Counted from the stretch's first letter, positions 10,981 to 22,126 are shown. The stretch: 64,000 bases of DNA from an uncultured delta proteobacterium (GCA_963803435.1 CAWDML010000014.1:160001-224000), one strand, 5' to 3'. The notes: a model not told the origin generated them from the sequence alone. A program made the numbers and translations.

Positions 10981-12252
10981 ATGGGGAGCATCCTCGTGGT
11001 CGACGACGACGACGGGGTCCGTCGGTTCGTCGCGCGAACGCTGATCAAGCTCGGCTACCAGGTGGAAACGGCGAGCGACGGTGAGCTCGCCATCCAGCAG
11101 CTCAAGCGCCGCCACTTCGATCTGGTCGTCACGGACCTGAAGATGCCCGACCTCGACGGCCGGGATCTTCTCCAGACGATCCTCGAGTCCGGGGTCGACA
11201 CCGACGTCCTCATGATGTCCGGCGCCGGCACGATTCCCGAAGCGGTGGAGGCGATCCGTCTCGGCGCCAAGAACTTCCTCGAGAAGCCGATCGACCTCGC
11301 GGATCTCAAGCGCGAGGTCCGGGCGATCTTCAAGGCCCGGACCGAGGGCGCCACGCTCTCTCCGGCCACCGGCGCGGTGATGCAGTCGACTCTGCCGCCG
11401 GCCAACCCGAACCAGATCGGCCGCTACGAGATCAAGTCGCAGCTCGGATCCGGCGGCATGGGGGAGGTCTTCGGCGCCTTCGATCCGATGTTGAAGCGAC
11501 CGGTCGCGATCAAGACGATGCTGCCCGTGGCCGACGCCCGCAAGCGGGCCGAGCTCCTCGAGCGCTTCCGGCGCGAAGGGTGGGTGACCGGAAGCCTGCA
11601 GCATCCGAACATCGTCGCGGTCTACGATCTCGGAGAGGACGACTACCGGCGCTGTCTCTATCTGGTGATGGAGCTCGTCGAGGGGACGTCGCTGCGCAAG
11701 ATGATGACCGAGGACCTGGTCGACCTGGGCAAGGCGACCGGGATCGCGAGTCAGGTCGCCGACGCGCTCGCCTACGCGCATCGGCGGGGGATCATCCACC
11801 GCGACGTCAAGCCCGAGAACGTGCTGGTGACGCCGAGCGGGGTGGCCAAGCTGGTCGACTTCGGGATCGCCAAGGTGGAGGTGTCCGATCTGACCGGCGA
11901 GGGCCGCTGGCTCGGCTCTCCCAACTACTTCTCCCCGGAGATGGTCCGCGGCGCGAAGCTCGACCACCGCGCAGATCAGTTCTCGCTCGGCACGATGATC
12001 ATCGAGATGGTCACCGGCACCCGGATCTTCGACGACGACGACCCGTACCGCATCGGCCGCAACATCGTGGAGCACCGGACGCCGCCGCTGCGCCGGCTCG
12101 ATCCCGAGGTGCCGGAGGCGCTGGAGCAGATCGTGGCGCGGCTGCACCGGAAGGATCCGTCGGATCGCTACGAGGACGAGAGCGCGCTGGTGAGCCAGCT
12201 GCGCGCGCTGGCCTCTCAGTTCGACAGTCTGCCCAGCTGGTCGTTCGGCTGA
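10981..12252 (+). CDS. Receiver (REC) domain fused to a Hanks-type Ser/Thr kinase
   Basis: ILVVDDD, VVTDLKMP and FLEKP, then LGSGGMGEV, VAIK, HRDVKPEN, DFG and SPE. Alternative start at 10954. Confidence 0.9.
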   Translation: MGSILVVDDDDGVRRFVARTLIKLGYQVETASDGELAIQQLKRRHFDLVVTDLKMPDLDGRDLLQTILESGVDTDVLMMSGAGTIPEAVEAIRLGAKNFLEKPIDLADLKREVRAIFKARTEGATLSPATGAVMQSTLPPANPNQIGRYEIKSQLGSGGMGEVFGAFDPMLKRPVAIKTMLPVADARKRAELLERFRREGWVTGSLQHPNIVAVYDLGEDDYRRCLYLVMELVEGTSLRKMMTEDLVDLGKATGIASQVADALAYAHRRGIIHRDVKPENVLVTPSGVAKLVDFGIAKVEVSDLTGEGRWLGSPNYFSPEMVRGAKLDHRADQFSLGTMIIEMVTGTRIFDDDDPYRIGRNIVEHRTPPLRRLDPEVPEALEQIVARLHRKDPSDRYEDESALVSQLRALASQFDSLPSWSFG

Positions 12253-12264
12253 GCCCTTCGCGAC

Positions 12265-14032
12265 TCACCGCTGGACGCCGACCACCGGATCGCGCGCATT
12301 CTCGAACCAGGTCCCGGTGGCGGAGGCGTCGTGGTTCGGCTGCGGCCAGGCGAACTCCCTCGAGGCGGCGCTGTTCGGTCCCAGCGTGATCACCTCGAGC
12401 ATCTCACCGGCCAGGATGATCACGTCGAGATCCAGATCGTTGGCGCCGCCGATCTTGGCCAGCGCGACCGTGACGTCCTCGGATTGCTGGGTGGCGGAGA
12501 GCGGATCCCAGCCGTCGAGCGCGCGACCGCTCGAGGCGTTCCCGTGGAGGTCGCGGGTCCCGGTGTCGTAGGTGACGATCTCGGCGCCGTCACGCCCGTC
12601 CATGTTCCACAGCAGCGTGTGTTGCGCGCCCTGGATCCCGCCGCCCCAGGCGTCGAACGAGGTGGCCGGCGTCCCGTCCAGCGGGTGGAGCTCGACGATA
12701 CCGTCCTCGGTCAGCACGGCCTGAAGTCGAGCCTCGTCGCCGACGCGTGCGATCGCGAGGCGGGCCGAGAGATCGCGATCGACGCCCGCGATCAGCGGCG
12801 ACGACCGCACCGCCCCCAGCGCGGGCGCGCGGCTGTTCCCCAGCTGGAGCTCCGTGAAGCGGACCTCGTTGGCGCGAACGTCGGCGAGCACCGGCGGGTC
12901 GGCGAGCGCGAGCGCCGGGGCGCGCCTCGAGGGCTCCGGGACCACCTCGAGCGGTACGAACGTGGGACGCCCCCCCAGCCAAGCGACCAGGCCGTTCGCC
13001 CCGCCGTAGCCCGCGACGAGCACCAGCTCGAGCTCGCGACCGCCGATCACGATCGGTCCGGCCATCGTCTCTTGCGGCGCAAGCGTCATGGTGATGCCGG
13101 GCAGCGCCACGTTGGTGGAGGTGTTCGTGAGCGGCGCCCAGACGAACAGGTGCACGCCGTTGCGCTCCGTGCTGTCGAGCGCGACCACGTCGAGCCCCTG
13201 GCCGTCGAGGTTGGCCATCACCGGCTGCGTGACCCGACTCGACGGAACCGCGGGAAGGATCTCCTTGCTGAAGACCATCGTGCGGAGTGGATCTCCGCCC
13301 AGCCGCACCGCGACGAGCTCGGTCCGCGCGACGCCGGGGTTGGAGCAGACACCCGCGAGCCACACCACCGACCCGTCCGCGTTGGCGCGTGCCACCAGCG
13401 AGCGAGCGCGGAGCCGACAGGGGAGGACCTCCCCGACCGGCTCCCCGATCAGCGTGCACCGGTCGTCGGCGGTCCGTTCGTACCGCACGCGGGCGATTCT
13501 GATCGGCCACCGCGGTGTAGGCGAACCAGCCGCCGGCGGGCACCAGCACCAGCGAGGCGAGGTCCGGGAACTCGGTGTCGGCCACCTTGACCTGGCAGCG
13601 CGCGCGCAGGCTGGTGCGATCGACCAGCGGCAGCTCGAGCACCGCGCGCTCACCCGAATTCGGCGGCAGCGCCGCCACGGCCGACGTGGTGGTCACGACG
13701 GCGAGCGTGTCGCCGATGCGAGGGCTCTGGAACGGGCGCCGGCCGTCGATCGTGATGCCCAGCTCCGACGACGGCTCACCGTAGAGGATGAAGGTGTACC
13801 GGCTCGGATCCTCCCAGCGCCCAGCGCCCTTCTCGAACGGACATACGCCCGTCGGATCGGCCTCGAACGGGAGCGTGCAGCCCACCAGCTCGGAGCCGCC
13901 GGAACCGGTGTGGATGGTGAGCACGAGATCCGAGAGCGCGTCCTCGTCGATGGAGACGCGGACCTCGAGGGCCGCCGGATCCCGACAGGCGAAGGCGACG
14001 GCTGCCAGCGAGACCACGAGCGCGCGCCTCAT
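12265..14032 (-). CDS. Hypothetical lipoprotein with FG-GAP-like beta-propeller repeats (frameshift near 13500)
   Basis: Lipobox AFAC; repeats ANLDGQGLDVV, WNMDGRDGAEIV and ANDLDLDVII. Confidence 0.6.
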
Positions 14033-14824
14033 CGGGGCACCTTGATCAGCGGCGTGTTGGGATCGTCGCCTTGATCCGGTCGATTCGGCTGCGCCAGGAA
14101 TCCGATCGTGACGCCGGCGCCCACGACGGCAGCCCCGATCGCCACCCACACTGGCCACGGCACGCCGCCGGAATCGACCTCCACGACCTGCGTGCTGGGA
14201 TCCGGTCGCGGGGAGAGCAGCAGCTCGGTCGTGTACTGGTGGAGCACGCGGCCCACCCGATCGAGCACCTGTCCGGAGATTCCGCACGCGATCCGCCTTC
14301 GCCTCCGGCGACACCGCCACGGTCGCGGTGGCGGCCCGTCCGAGCAGCGCCACCTCGCCCTCGCGCGCCTCACCGGCCGGCAGGAACGCCGTCCGATAGC
14401 GCACGCGCGACGCGTCGCGCAGGCCGCCCGTGAGGACCACGTCGATGCGGAGCGACTCGTGCGCGAGCCATCCCGCCGAGACCTTCGCCTCCAGCGGTCG
14501 CACGCTCTCGCGGATCGACTCGATCGTCTCGCGCGTCGCGGGCGACAGCGCCGGATCGTCCACGACGTGATCGGGCGATCGCTCGAAGATCTCCACGAGC
14601 GCGGCCTTCGCGTCCTCGGGCTGATTGAGGATCAGATGCGCCAGCGCCATCACCTCGAGACACGCGAGGGGGCGCGTAGGGTCGGCTTTGAGCGCGGCGC
14701 CGGCGGTGCTGAGGGCGTCCTCGAGCGCCAGCGCCTGGTACTGGTCGCGGGCCTCGTCACAGCCGCCGGGAGTGCTCGAAAGGCTCGCGAAAACCACCAG
14801 ATGGAGTGCTATGATGGGCACCAC
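14029..14824 (-). CDS. Secreted TPR-like protein with C-terminal transmembrane anchor (frameshift near 14285)
   Basis: Signal peptide, helical TPR-like segment, C-terminal WPVWVAIGAAVVGAGV; stop overlaps the next ATG. Confidence 0.6.
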
Positions 14825-14854
14825 CGACGGGAGATTGTCCCAGGTTTTTCAGCG

Positions 14855-16447
14855 ATGGTCATCCGCCCACGGCCTCAAGGCGTACCTTTTGGGCGCTATC
14901 TGATCAGGAGGAGGCTCGGCAACGGCGGCATGGGAGAAGTGTTCCTCGCCGACCAGCTCGGGCCCCTCGGTCCGGTCCGTCCGGTCGCGCTGAAGCGGAT
15001 GCTCCCCGGCCTCGCGAAGGACCGCGACACGGCGCGCCTCTTCCTCGAGGAGATGGCGATCGCCGCGCAGCTCAACCACCCCAACATCGCGACCACCTAC
15101 GACTTCGGAGAGATCGAGGGCGATTACTTCCTGGCGATGGAGTATGTCGAAGGGCTCTCGCTCAACCGCATCATCGCCGCGCTCGGTCCGCTCCCTCCCC
15201 CGGCCGCGCTGCAGATCGTGAAACAGATCGCCGACGCGCTCTCCTACGCGCACGCCAAGCGCTCGGAGGGGCGGGCGCCGGTGGTGCATCAGGACGTCTC
15301 GCCGCACAACGTGATGATCTCCCGCGAGGGTGGCGTGAAGCTCCTCGACTTCGGGATCGCGCGCGCGGAGACCGCGGTGCACGGGGGACGCGTCCGGGCC
15401 AAGGCTGCCTACGCAGCGCCCGAGCAGCTGCGCGGCGCCGCGCCCGATCGCCGCTTCGACCTCTGGTCGCTGGGCGTGGTGCTCTACGAGTGTCTCACCG
15501 GACGGCGCCCGTTCGAAGGGGACGACCTGATGGCGATCCTCGCGGCCGCGGAGGCCCGACGCCATCCGCCGCTGTCGGCGCTGCGCCCGGAGGTCGAGCC
15601 GTTCGAGGAGCTGGTCACCCGCGCGCTCGAGCCCGATCCGGATCGCCGCTGGCTCGGCGCGGAGGCCTTCCGCGCCGCCTGCCTCCGCCTCGGTGAGCGG
15701 TTCGGGATGGCCGTGCCCACGGACCTCGGGCTGTTGATGGAGCGCGCCGGCGGTCCCGACGCGAAGGACGACATCGCCGAGGTCTCCGGAACCGGCGTGG
15801 CTGCGCTCGACGCCGAGGCCATGGCCGCGCTCCAGGCGGTCGATGCGCGCTCGGGCCAGACCGACACGGCGCCGGCGCCGGCGCCGGCCACGCCCTCGCG
15901 ACGGCCGCTGGTGGCGGCGCTGCTCACCGCGCTGGTGGTGGCGATGGGCGTGGTCGTGTGGAACCGCCCGCCGCCCGAGCCGAAGGCCGAGCCGATTGTG
16001 GAGGCGGTCGTGCCCGAGCGCGGCGCGCCGCCTCCGGTCAAACCGATCATCCGGGACGAGCCGTCCGGCGACCGGGCCGCCGCGCCCGCCGAAGTGCACC
16101 CGCCGGCCCGGCGCCCGAAGCGCCGCCGCCCGAAGATCAACGCGCACGCGCCCCCGCCGACGCCGCCGCCGTCGCGTGCGCCGCTGCCGCCGCCTCCGGC
16201 CGAGGGCTTCGGCAAGCTCTCGGTCCGGACGGATCCCACCTGGGCGCGACTCCTCCTCGACGGCCAGCCGATTGGGCGCACGATCCTGTACGGGCGCCCG
16301 TTCGACCCCGGCCCCCACCGGCTCCAGATGGAGCCTGGAGACGACGGCTTCTCGCCGCTCGACACCACCATCACCATCAAGCCCGGCGTCACGACGAACG
16401 TTTTTGCGAACTTCAGGACTCGCCAGGTCAAGGTCGTCGAGCGCTGA
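14855..16447 (+). CDS. Membrane Ser/Thr protein kinase with Pro-rich linker and PEGA-like C-terminus
   Basis: LGNGGMGEV, VALK, HQDVSPHN, DFGIA, APEQ; TM helix; GKLSVRTDPTWARLLLDG. Confidence 0.9.
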   Translation: MVIRPRPQGVPFGRYLIRRRLGNGGMGEVFLADQLGPLGPVRPVALKRMLPGLAKDRDTARLFLEEMAIAAQLNHPNIATTYDFGEIEGDYFLAMEYVEGLSLNRIIAALGPLPPPAALQIVKQIADALSYAHAKRSEGRAPVVHQDVSPHNVMISREGGVKLLDFGIARAETAVHGGRVRAKAAYAAPEQLRGAAPDRRFDLWSLGVVLYECLTGRRPFEGDDLMAILAAAEARRHPPLSALRPEVEPFEELVTRALEPDPDRRWLGAEAFRAACLRLGERFGMAVPTDLGLLMERAGGPDAKDDIAEVSGTGVAALDAEAMAALQAVDARSGQTDTAPAPAPATPSRRPLVAALLTALVVAMGVVVWNRPPPEPKAEPIVEAVVPERGAPPPVKPIIRDEPSGDRAAAPAEVHPPARRPKRRRPKINAHAPPPTPPPSRAPLPPPPAEGFGKLSVRTDPTWARLLLDGQPIGRTILYGRPFDPGPHRLQMEPGDDGFSPLDTTITIKPGVTTNVFANFRTRQVKVVER

Positions 16448-16515
16448 GTGTGGCGCTCTCGCGAGACCGATCGAGGCTTTGTCGGGCGCGGTCCCCGTGT
16501 TAGGCCTTGGCCGGC

Positions 16516-17766
16516 ATGAACTTGCTGTCGATGATCCTGGCGGGCGGAGAGGGAACTCGCCTGTGGCCGCTGACGCAGGAGCGCGCCAAGCCGGCGGTGC
16601 CGTTCGGAGGACGATTTCGGATCATCGACTTCGCGCTGTCGAACTTCCTCAACTCTGGGCTGCGGAAGATCAAGATCCTGACCCAGTACAAGTCGGACTC
16701 TCTCCTCAAGCACCTGTTGCGGACGTACAACCGCGCGGTCGGCTTCGAGGACTTCATCGAGCCGGTGCCGCCGCAGCAGAACCTGAGCAAGAGCTGGTAC
16801 GGCGGAAGCGTCGACGCCGTATTCCAGAACCTCAACGTCATCTTCGACGAGGCGCCCGACATCGTCGCGGTGTTCGGCGCGGATCACATCTACAAGATGG
16901 ATCTGCGCCCGATGATCCAGTACCACCTCGATCAGAAGGCGAGCGTCACCGTCGCCGCCATCCCGGTGCCAAGGGACGAGGCCACCCGCTTCGGCTGCAT
17001 CGCCATGGACAGCCAGTATCGGATGATCGGGTTCGTGGAGAAGCCGCAGAACCCGCCCGAGATCCCGGGCCGCCCGGGCTGGACGCTGGCGTCCATGGGC
17101 AACTATCTATTCAACACCAACGTGCTGACGCGCGAGGCCGAGAACGACGCCACCAGCGCCTCCAGCTCCCACGACTTCGGCGGCGACATCCTCCCCCGTA
17201 TCTTCGAGCGCGAGCCGGTCTTCGTCTACGACTTCCACACCAACGTCATCCGCGGCGAGGAAGAACGAGCGCGCGGGTACTGGCGCGACATCGGGACGAT
17301 CGAGGCCTACCACGCCGCCTCGATGGATCTGATCTCGGTGGCGCCCGTCCTCAACCTCTACAACACGCACTGGCCGATCCGATCGGGCTTCAGCAACCTC
17401 CCGCCGGCCAAGTTCGTCTTCGCCGACCAGGAGACGAAGCGCATCGGCATCGCCACCGACTCGATGGTGTCCGAGGGCTGCATCATCTCCGGCGGTCACA
17501 TCGAGCGCTCGATCCTCTCGCCGCAGGTGCGGCTCAACTCGTACGCGCACGTGAGCGAGTCGATCATCTTCGAGGGCGCGAACATCGGCCGACACTCGCG
17601 CATCCGGCGGGCCATCATCGACAAGAACGTCGAGATCCCCGAGGGCACCACCATCGGCTACGACCATGACGAGGACCGCAAGCGATGGTTCGTCTCGAAG
17701 GACGGGATCGTGGTGGTGCCGAAACAGGGGGCGCTGGCGCAGATCGGTGAGCGAACCCACGCGTAG
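16516..17766 (+). CDS. glgC: Glucose-1-phosphate adenylyltransferase
   Basis: [55 protein letters not shown]. Confidence 0.97.
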   Translation: MNLLSMILAGGEGTRLWPLTQERAKPAVPFGGRFRIIDFALSNFLNSGLRKIKILTQYKSDSLLKHLLRTYNRAVGFEDFIEPVPPQQNLSKSWYGGSVDAVFQNLNVIFDEAPDIVAVFGADHIYKMDLRPMIQYHLDQKASVTVAAIPVPRDEATRFGCIAMDSQYRMIGFVEKPQNPPEIPGRPGWTLASMGNYLFNTNVLTREAENDATSASSSHDFGGDILPRIFEREPVFVYDFHTNVIRGEEERARGYWRDIGTIEAYHAASMDLISVAPVLNLYNTHWPIRSGFSNLPPAKFVFADQETKRIGIATDSMVSEGCIISGGHIERSILSPQVRLNSYAHVSESIIFEGANIGRHSRIRRAIIDKNVEIPEGTTIGYDHDEDRKRWFVSKDGIVVVPKQGALAQIGERTHA

Positions 17767-17822
17767 ACGGGTTCTTCGGCCGATGGTCGGCGGGCGGGCG
17801 ATCCGGGTAGGATCGTCCCCCC

Positions 17823-19277
17823 GTGGTCAAGGTCCCACCACCTGACGAGCGGAACTTCACCCGGCGCACGGTGGCCGGCGCGGCGGGCGGCATGCTCGGC
17901 GTCGACTACGAGGACGAACGGCAGCCGGATCCCAGCACGGTCAAGGCCACCACCGGCACCGGCTCCAACCGCGACAGCCCGGGCGCCGAGGTCTCCGCCC
18001 AGCAAGCGATCGCCGAAGAGACCGGGCTGAAGCGCGCACGAAAGACGACCGACCCCAAGGACGAGTCCGAGATGATCCTCGACGACGAGGACGCCACCAC
18101 CCGCGACGAGAAGACGAAGCAGCGGACACGGCGCTCGGTCGCGCGCGATCGGATGACCGTCGACAAGGACGCCCCGCGACTGCTGCACAAGCGGCCCTGG
18201 GATCAGGACGACGAGCCGCCGCCCGAGGAGCCCGACGACATCGACCTCGAGGCGCTCGCCGAGGCCATCGCGTCGGCCGGCGATCCCATAGAGGGGATCG
18301 ACCACCGCCGCTGGTCGATCGGCGACGCCCGGCTCACGGATCCCCACGCCATCAAGGAGGCGCTCGGATCGCCCGTCGCCTACGCGAAGCACTGCGTGAT
18401 CCTGGCGGAGGCGTTTCGCTCCAGCACCGGCGCGCGGCGCTCCGAGGCGGTCCGTTACCTGGCCCTCATGTTCGCGGCGCTCGGCGACCGCAACTTTGCG
18501 CGCCAGGCGCTCAAGGAGCTCGGTCCCGCCACCGGGATCGTGGATCTGTATCCGCTCGAGGTGATCGAAGAGGTCGTCGAGTCGTACCCAGGCCTCCTCT
18601 CGAAGGTCGGCTTCGGCACGCTGTTCGTACGGCCCAAGAAATCACTCCTCGAGCTCGAGGCGGGCGTGACCTCGTTGCTCACCTATCCGGAGAGCCTCAA
18701 GATCCGAGGCTTCGCGATCAAGGGCGGCGACCGGCCCGGCTACCGGTTCGAGCCCCACAACGTCGACGGCCAATACGCCCTCACAATCTCGGCGCCGGGC
18801 CGCTACCACCTCCTGATCTCCGGCGTCACGCGCTCCGGACACACGGTGATCGATCGAATCGACACGCTGGTCCGCGACGGCCCCCACGCGATCCACGTCC
18901 TCCCCGAGCCCGAGCCGATCCGCGACGCCGCCAAGGTGGACGCCTGGCCCAGGCCTGAACCGATCCCGATCGACTTCGAGCGCCTCCTCGACCGCGACGA
19001 CGCATCTCGACAGGACGACTCGAGCAGCGTGCTCTCGAGCGGCGAGCTGGTCAGCCGCCAGCAGATGGGTGCGCTCCGGGTCGCCGCCGACGAGCGCAGC
19101 TTCGAGATCGTCGACGCCCCGGCGCGGGTGCCGCCCGAGAAGGCCGCGCCTCCGAGCGACGATCCGAAGGACGCCCTCAGCCGTGCCGAGGCCTCCCTCC
19201 TCAGGCTGGCCGTCGCCGTCGGCACCGACGACGCCGACGTGCAGGCGGCGCCGCTCGCCGACGAAGACGAGGACTGA
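17823..19277 (+). CDS. Hypothetical protein with acidic disordered termini and a folded core
   Basis: 484-aa ORF with genome-typical codon use; no family recognised. Confidence 0.7.
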   Translation: MVKVPPPDERNFTRRTVAGAAGGMLGVDYEDERQPDPSTVKATTGTGSNRDSPGAEVSAQQAIAEETGLKRARKTTDPKDESEMILDDEDATTRDEKTKQRTRRSVARDRMTVDKDAPRLLHKRPWDQDDEPPPEEPDDIDLEALAEAIASAGDPIEGIDHRRWSIGDARLTDPHAIKEALGSPVAYAKHCVILAEAFRSSTGARRSEAVRYLALMFAALGDRNFARQALKELGPATGIVDLYPLEVIEEVVESYPGLLSKVGFGTLFVRPKKSLLELEAGVTSLLTYPESLKIRGFAIKGGDRPGYRFEPHNVDGQYALTISAPGRYHLLISGVTRSGHTVIDRIDTLVRDGPHAIHVLPEPEPIRDAAKVDAWPRPEPIPIDFERLLDRDDASRQDDSSSVLSSGELVSRQQMGALRVAADERSFEIVDAPARVPPEKAAPPSDDPKDALSRAEASLLRLAVAVGTDDADVQAAPLADEDED

Positions 19278-19287
19278 CTTCGCTCTC

Positions 19288-19752
19288 TCAGAACCCGGCG
19301 CGGATCCCGAACCCGTAGTCGATCGAGGCCCGCCGGTCGGGGAAGATCGAGAGCCCGATCGCCGTCTCGAAGTACACCTCGACCGCGTCGAGATCCGAGA
19401 GCACCGAGATCCCCACCGGGACGCGGAACCCGAACCGATCTTCGTCCTCGCCCTTCTCGATGGCGCCGCGCGCGCCGAACCCGAACCACGGCATCAACCA
19501 GAGATCGCCGAGCACCCGGCCGAAGATGGTCTCGGAGCGATACACCACGTCGATGCCCATGATCCCGGAGAAGTCGTCGGAGTGGGCGAGCCCCACATCG
19601 AGCTGGAGGACCAGGCCCTCCGAGAGATCGGTGGCGACGGTGAGCGACAGCGGGTTGCCGATGAGGATCCCGCCGCGGAGCTTCGAGTGCTCGGGAAAGG
19701 CGTGATCCGCCGGCGGCTGGGCGAGCGTGAGCAGTAGGGCCGCCCAGAGCAC
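19288..19752 (-). CDS. Small outer-membrane beta-barrel protein (DUF3996-like)
   Basis: Signal peptide, GILIGNPLSLT, alternating beta strands, C-terminal GIRAGF. Likely GTG start at 19752. Confidence 0.65.
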   Translation of the reverse strand: MLWAALLLTLAQPPADHAFPEHSKLRGGILIGNPLSLTVATDLSEGLVLQLDVGLAHSDDFSGIMGIDVVYRSETIFGRVLGDLWLMPWFGFGARGAIEKGEDEDRFGFRVPVGISVLSDLDAVEVYFETAIGLSIFPDRRASIDYGFGIRAGF

Positions 19753-19803
19753 GGGCGAGTAGATTGCGGAAGACCTCCCGGCTGTCAACTCGCGAGGAAC
19801 GCA

Positions 19804-20436
19804 TCACCTCTGTTGTGCTTCGCCGGTCATCGGAACGAACCGGACACCGAAGACGCTCTTCGCGTGATAGCCGTCGGGCGTCCGCGTGTACACCTTGAGC
19901 TCCTGCGACCAGGCCCCGACCGGAATCACCAGGCGCCCGCCGGTGCGGAGCTGCATCAGGAGCTCGGCCGGTACCTCCTCGGGCGCCGCGGTCACGATGA
20001 TCCCGTCGAACGGCGCCCGCTCGGGCAGACCGCGCGCACCGTCGCCGACGACGACGTGCACGTTGTCGAACCCCTCCTCGCGGAGGACGTGCGCCGCGCG
20101 CTCTGCGAGCTCCGGGATGATCTCGATCGTGTACACCTCGCCCACCAGCTGCGAGAGGACCGCCGCCTGATAGCCCGAACCGGTGCCGATCTCCAGCACC
20201 CGATCACCGCCCTGCGGCTGGAGCAGCTCCGTCATCGCGGCGACGATGAACGGCTGCGAGATGGTCTGCCCGTGGCCGATCGGAAGCGGGTGGTCCTCGT
20301 AGGCCTGGTCGCGATACTCGACCGGCACGAAGAGGTGGCGGGGCACCCGACGCATCGCCTTCAGGACGCGCTCGTTCTCGATCCCGCGAAACTGAATCTG
20401 CGCATCGACCATGGCTTCATCCGAACTCCCCTGCAA
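19804..20436 (-). CDS. pcm: Protein-L-isoaspartate O-methyltransferase
   Basis: VPRHLFV, GQTISQP, VLEIGTGSGYQAA, APFDGIIVTAA, VRFVPM. Confidence 0.96.
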   Translation of the reverse strand: MQGSSDEAMVDAQIQFRGIENERVLKAMRRVPRHLFVPVEYRDQAYEDHPLPIGHGQTISQPFIVAAMTELLQPQGGDRVLEIGTGSGYQAAVLSQLVGEVYTIEIIPELAERAAHVLREEGFDNVHVVVGDGARGLPERAPFDGIIVTAAPEEVPAELLMQLRTGGRLVIPVGAWSQELKVYTRTPDGYHAKSVFGVRFVPMTGEAQQR

Positions 20437-20454
20437 GAAGCGTTGCAGTCTCCG

Positions 20455-22074
20455 CTACTCCCCTCCGTCGAAGCTCATCTCGAGGCGCTGGTCCCCGTCG
20501 ACGTTGCGAACGACCGCCTGGCGCCCCGAGGGCCACTGCACCGAGACCCAGTCGGCACCGCTCCACTCGCCGAGCCCCATCCGGATGGTGTGCTCGTTCT
20601 GCGAGGCGCGGCTCGATCCCGCGGTCAGGTCCCGGAACTGCACCAGATCGCCGGTCCTCACCAGGACTCGCGCGCCGATCGCGCCGAGGTTACCGCCGTC
20701 GGGCGCGCGCGAGACGGCGACGTCGAGAAATCGTCCCGAGCCCGTGTCGGTCTCGTTCCGGTAGAGCGAGATCCGCGAACCGTCGGTCCCCGCCACCACG
20801 ACGTCGACCCGTCCATCACGATCGAAGTCGGCGAAGGCCGCCGCCTTGTTGTGCGCCGCGCCCGCGTCGCGGACTGCGGGATGCGACACCTCGATCTGCT
20901 CGAACGTGGAGGGCCGGGTCCCGAGGTTGTGGAACACCAGGTACGGCAGATCGTCCTCCTGCGCCACGAAGAGATCGGGCCAGCCGTCGAGATCGAAGTC
21001 TTCGAAGGCGAGGCCCCACCCGAACTCACCGCCGGTCCCGGCGTCGTGCGTGATGTCGCTGAAGGTGCCGTCGCCGTTGTTGCGAAGGAGCGGGTTGTCG
21101 CCGATGTTCGAGATGTAGAAGTCGAGATCGCCGTCATGGTCGATGTCGGCGGCGTCGATGCCCATGGGGTGATTGATGTTCACCTCGACCAGAAATGATC
21201 CGGCGGTGAAGTCGGTGAAGCGCTCGCCGCCCTCGTTCTCGAGCAACACGTGCCCGCCGCGATCGTTCCAGATCCAGAGGTCGGGATCGCGATCGTTGTC
21301 GTGATCGCTCCACATCACGGCACACGGGTTCCCTTCGGGGCTGGCCAGAACGCCGGTCGCCTGGGTCACGTCCTCGAAGGTCCCGTCCCCGCGGTTGTGC
21401 AACAGATACGCGAATGGCGCCGGCAGTGTGCTCGACGCCGACACCACGTCGAGCCACCCGTCCAGGTCGTAGTCGCCGAACGCGACCACCTTGCTGCGCC
21501 CGTCGGAGAACAGCTCCTCGTTCGAGGGCGGCCCGCCCGCACCCGCGGACGCGGTGACGTCGGTGAAGTGGTCACCCCGGTTCTGGAGCAGGATGTCCTT
21601 CGGCCGGGACCCGAGGTACAGATCGACGTCGCCGTCGTTGTCGTAGTCGGCGGCGGCGACGCTGAAGCAGTCCCGGCCGGCGATCGCGTCGATCCCCCAG
21701 GCCCGGGTGACATCGACGAAGGTGCCGTCTCGCTGGTTCTCGTACAGCTTGGGTGGGAGCTGCTCGGGTCCCTGACCGTTGGCCAAGAAGATGTCGGGCC
21801 ACCCGTCGCCGGTGAGATCGACGAACGCCACGCCGACGCCGTGCGTGTTGCCCTCGGACCGGGCATTCGCCAGGCCGGCGGCGTCGGTGACGTCGACCAG
21901 CGTGATGGGGCCGGGCGCCTGCGCGCCGGCGATCACCTGTGGATGCGCTCCAAGGTCCCGCGCGCCCTCGAGATCGACCGGCATCCAGAGCGGCTCGGCA
22001 CCTGCGTCGTCCGGCAACGGGCGCGATCCGCAGGCGCACGCCAAGCCGACCAGAAGGGCTGCGGAGCATCGCAT
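20455..22074 (-). CDS. CRTAC1/ASPIC-UnbV family FG-GAP repeat lipoprotein
   Basis: Multiple DxDxDGxxD repeats with NxGDGTFxDVT; C-terminal AIGARV...GLG...VQWPSG. Confidence 0.88.
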   Translation of the reverse strand: MRCSAALLVGLACACGSRPLPDDAGAEPLWMPVDLEGARDLGAHPQVIAGAQAPGPITLVDVTDAAGLANARSEGNTHGVGVAFVDLTGDGWPDIFLANGQGPEQLPPKLYENQRDGTFVDVTRAWGIDAIAGRDCFSVAAADYDNDGDVDLYLGSRPKDILLQNRGDHFTDVTASAGAGGPPSNEELFSDGRSKVVAFGDYDLDGWLDVVSASSTLPAPFAYLLHNRGDGTFEDVTQATGVLASPEGNPCAVMWSDHDNDRDPDLWIWNDRGGHVLLENEGGERFTDFTAGSFLVEVNINHPMGIDAADIDHDGDLDFYISNIGDNPLLRNNGDGTFSDITHDAGTGGEFGWGLAFEDFDLDGWPDLFVAQEDDLPYLVFHNLGTRPSTFEQIEVSHPAVRDAGAAHNKAAAFADFDRDGRVDVVVAGTDGSRISLYRNETDTGSGRFLDVAVSRAPDGGNLGAIGARVLVRTGDLVQFRDLTAGSSRASQNEHTIRMGLGEWSGADWVSVQWPSGRQAVVRNVDGDQRLEMSFDGGE

Positions 22075-22126
22075 GCTCCCATTCCAATCACGGAGGCCCG
22101 CGATTTGTCAGGCCGCTCCGGCGCGG

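Noticed and set aside
9505-12252. 915-aa DUF1501-REC-kinase fusion in the ORF track
   Set aside because: An extra T at ~10066 shifts DUF1501 out of frame; its true C-terminus ends at 10840 and the linker is Arg/Pro-rich off-frame translation.
20455-22074. Repeated GTCGCCGTCG/GTCGTAGTC-like DNA units as a CRISPR or repeat array
   Set aside because: They are degenerate codons of FG-GAP DxDxDG protein repeats, with no constant repeat-spacer period.
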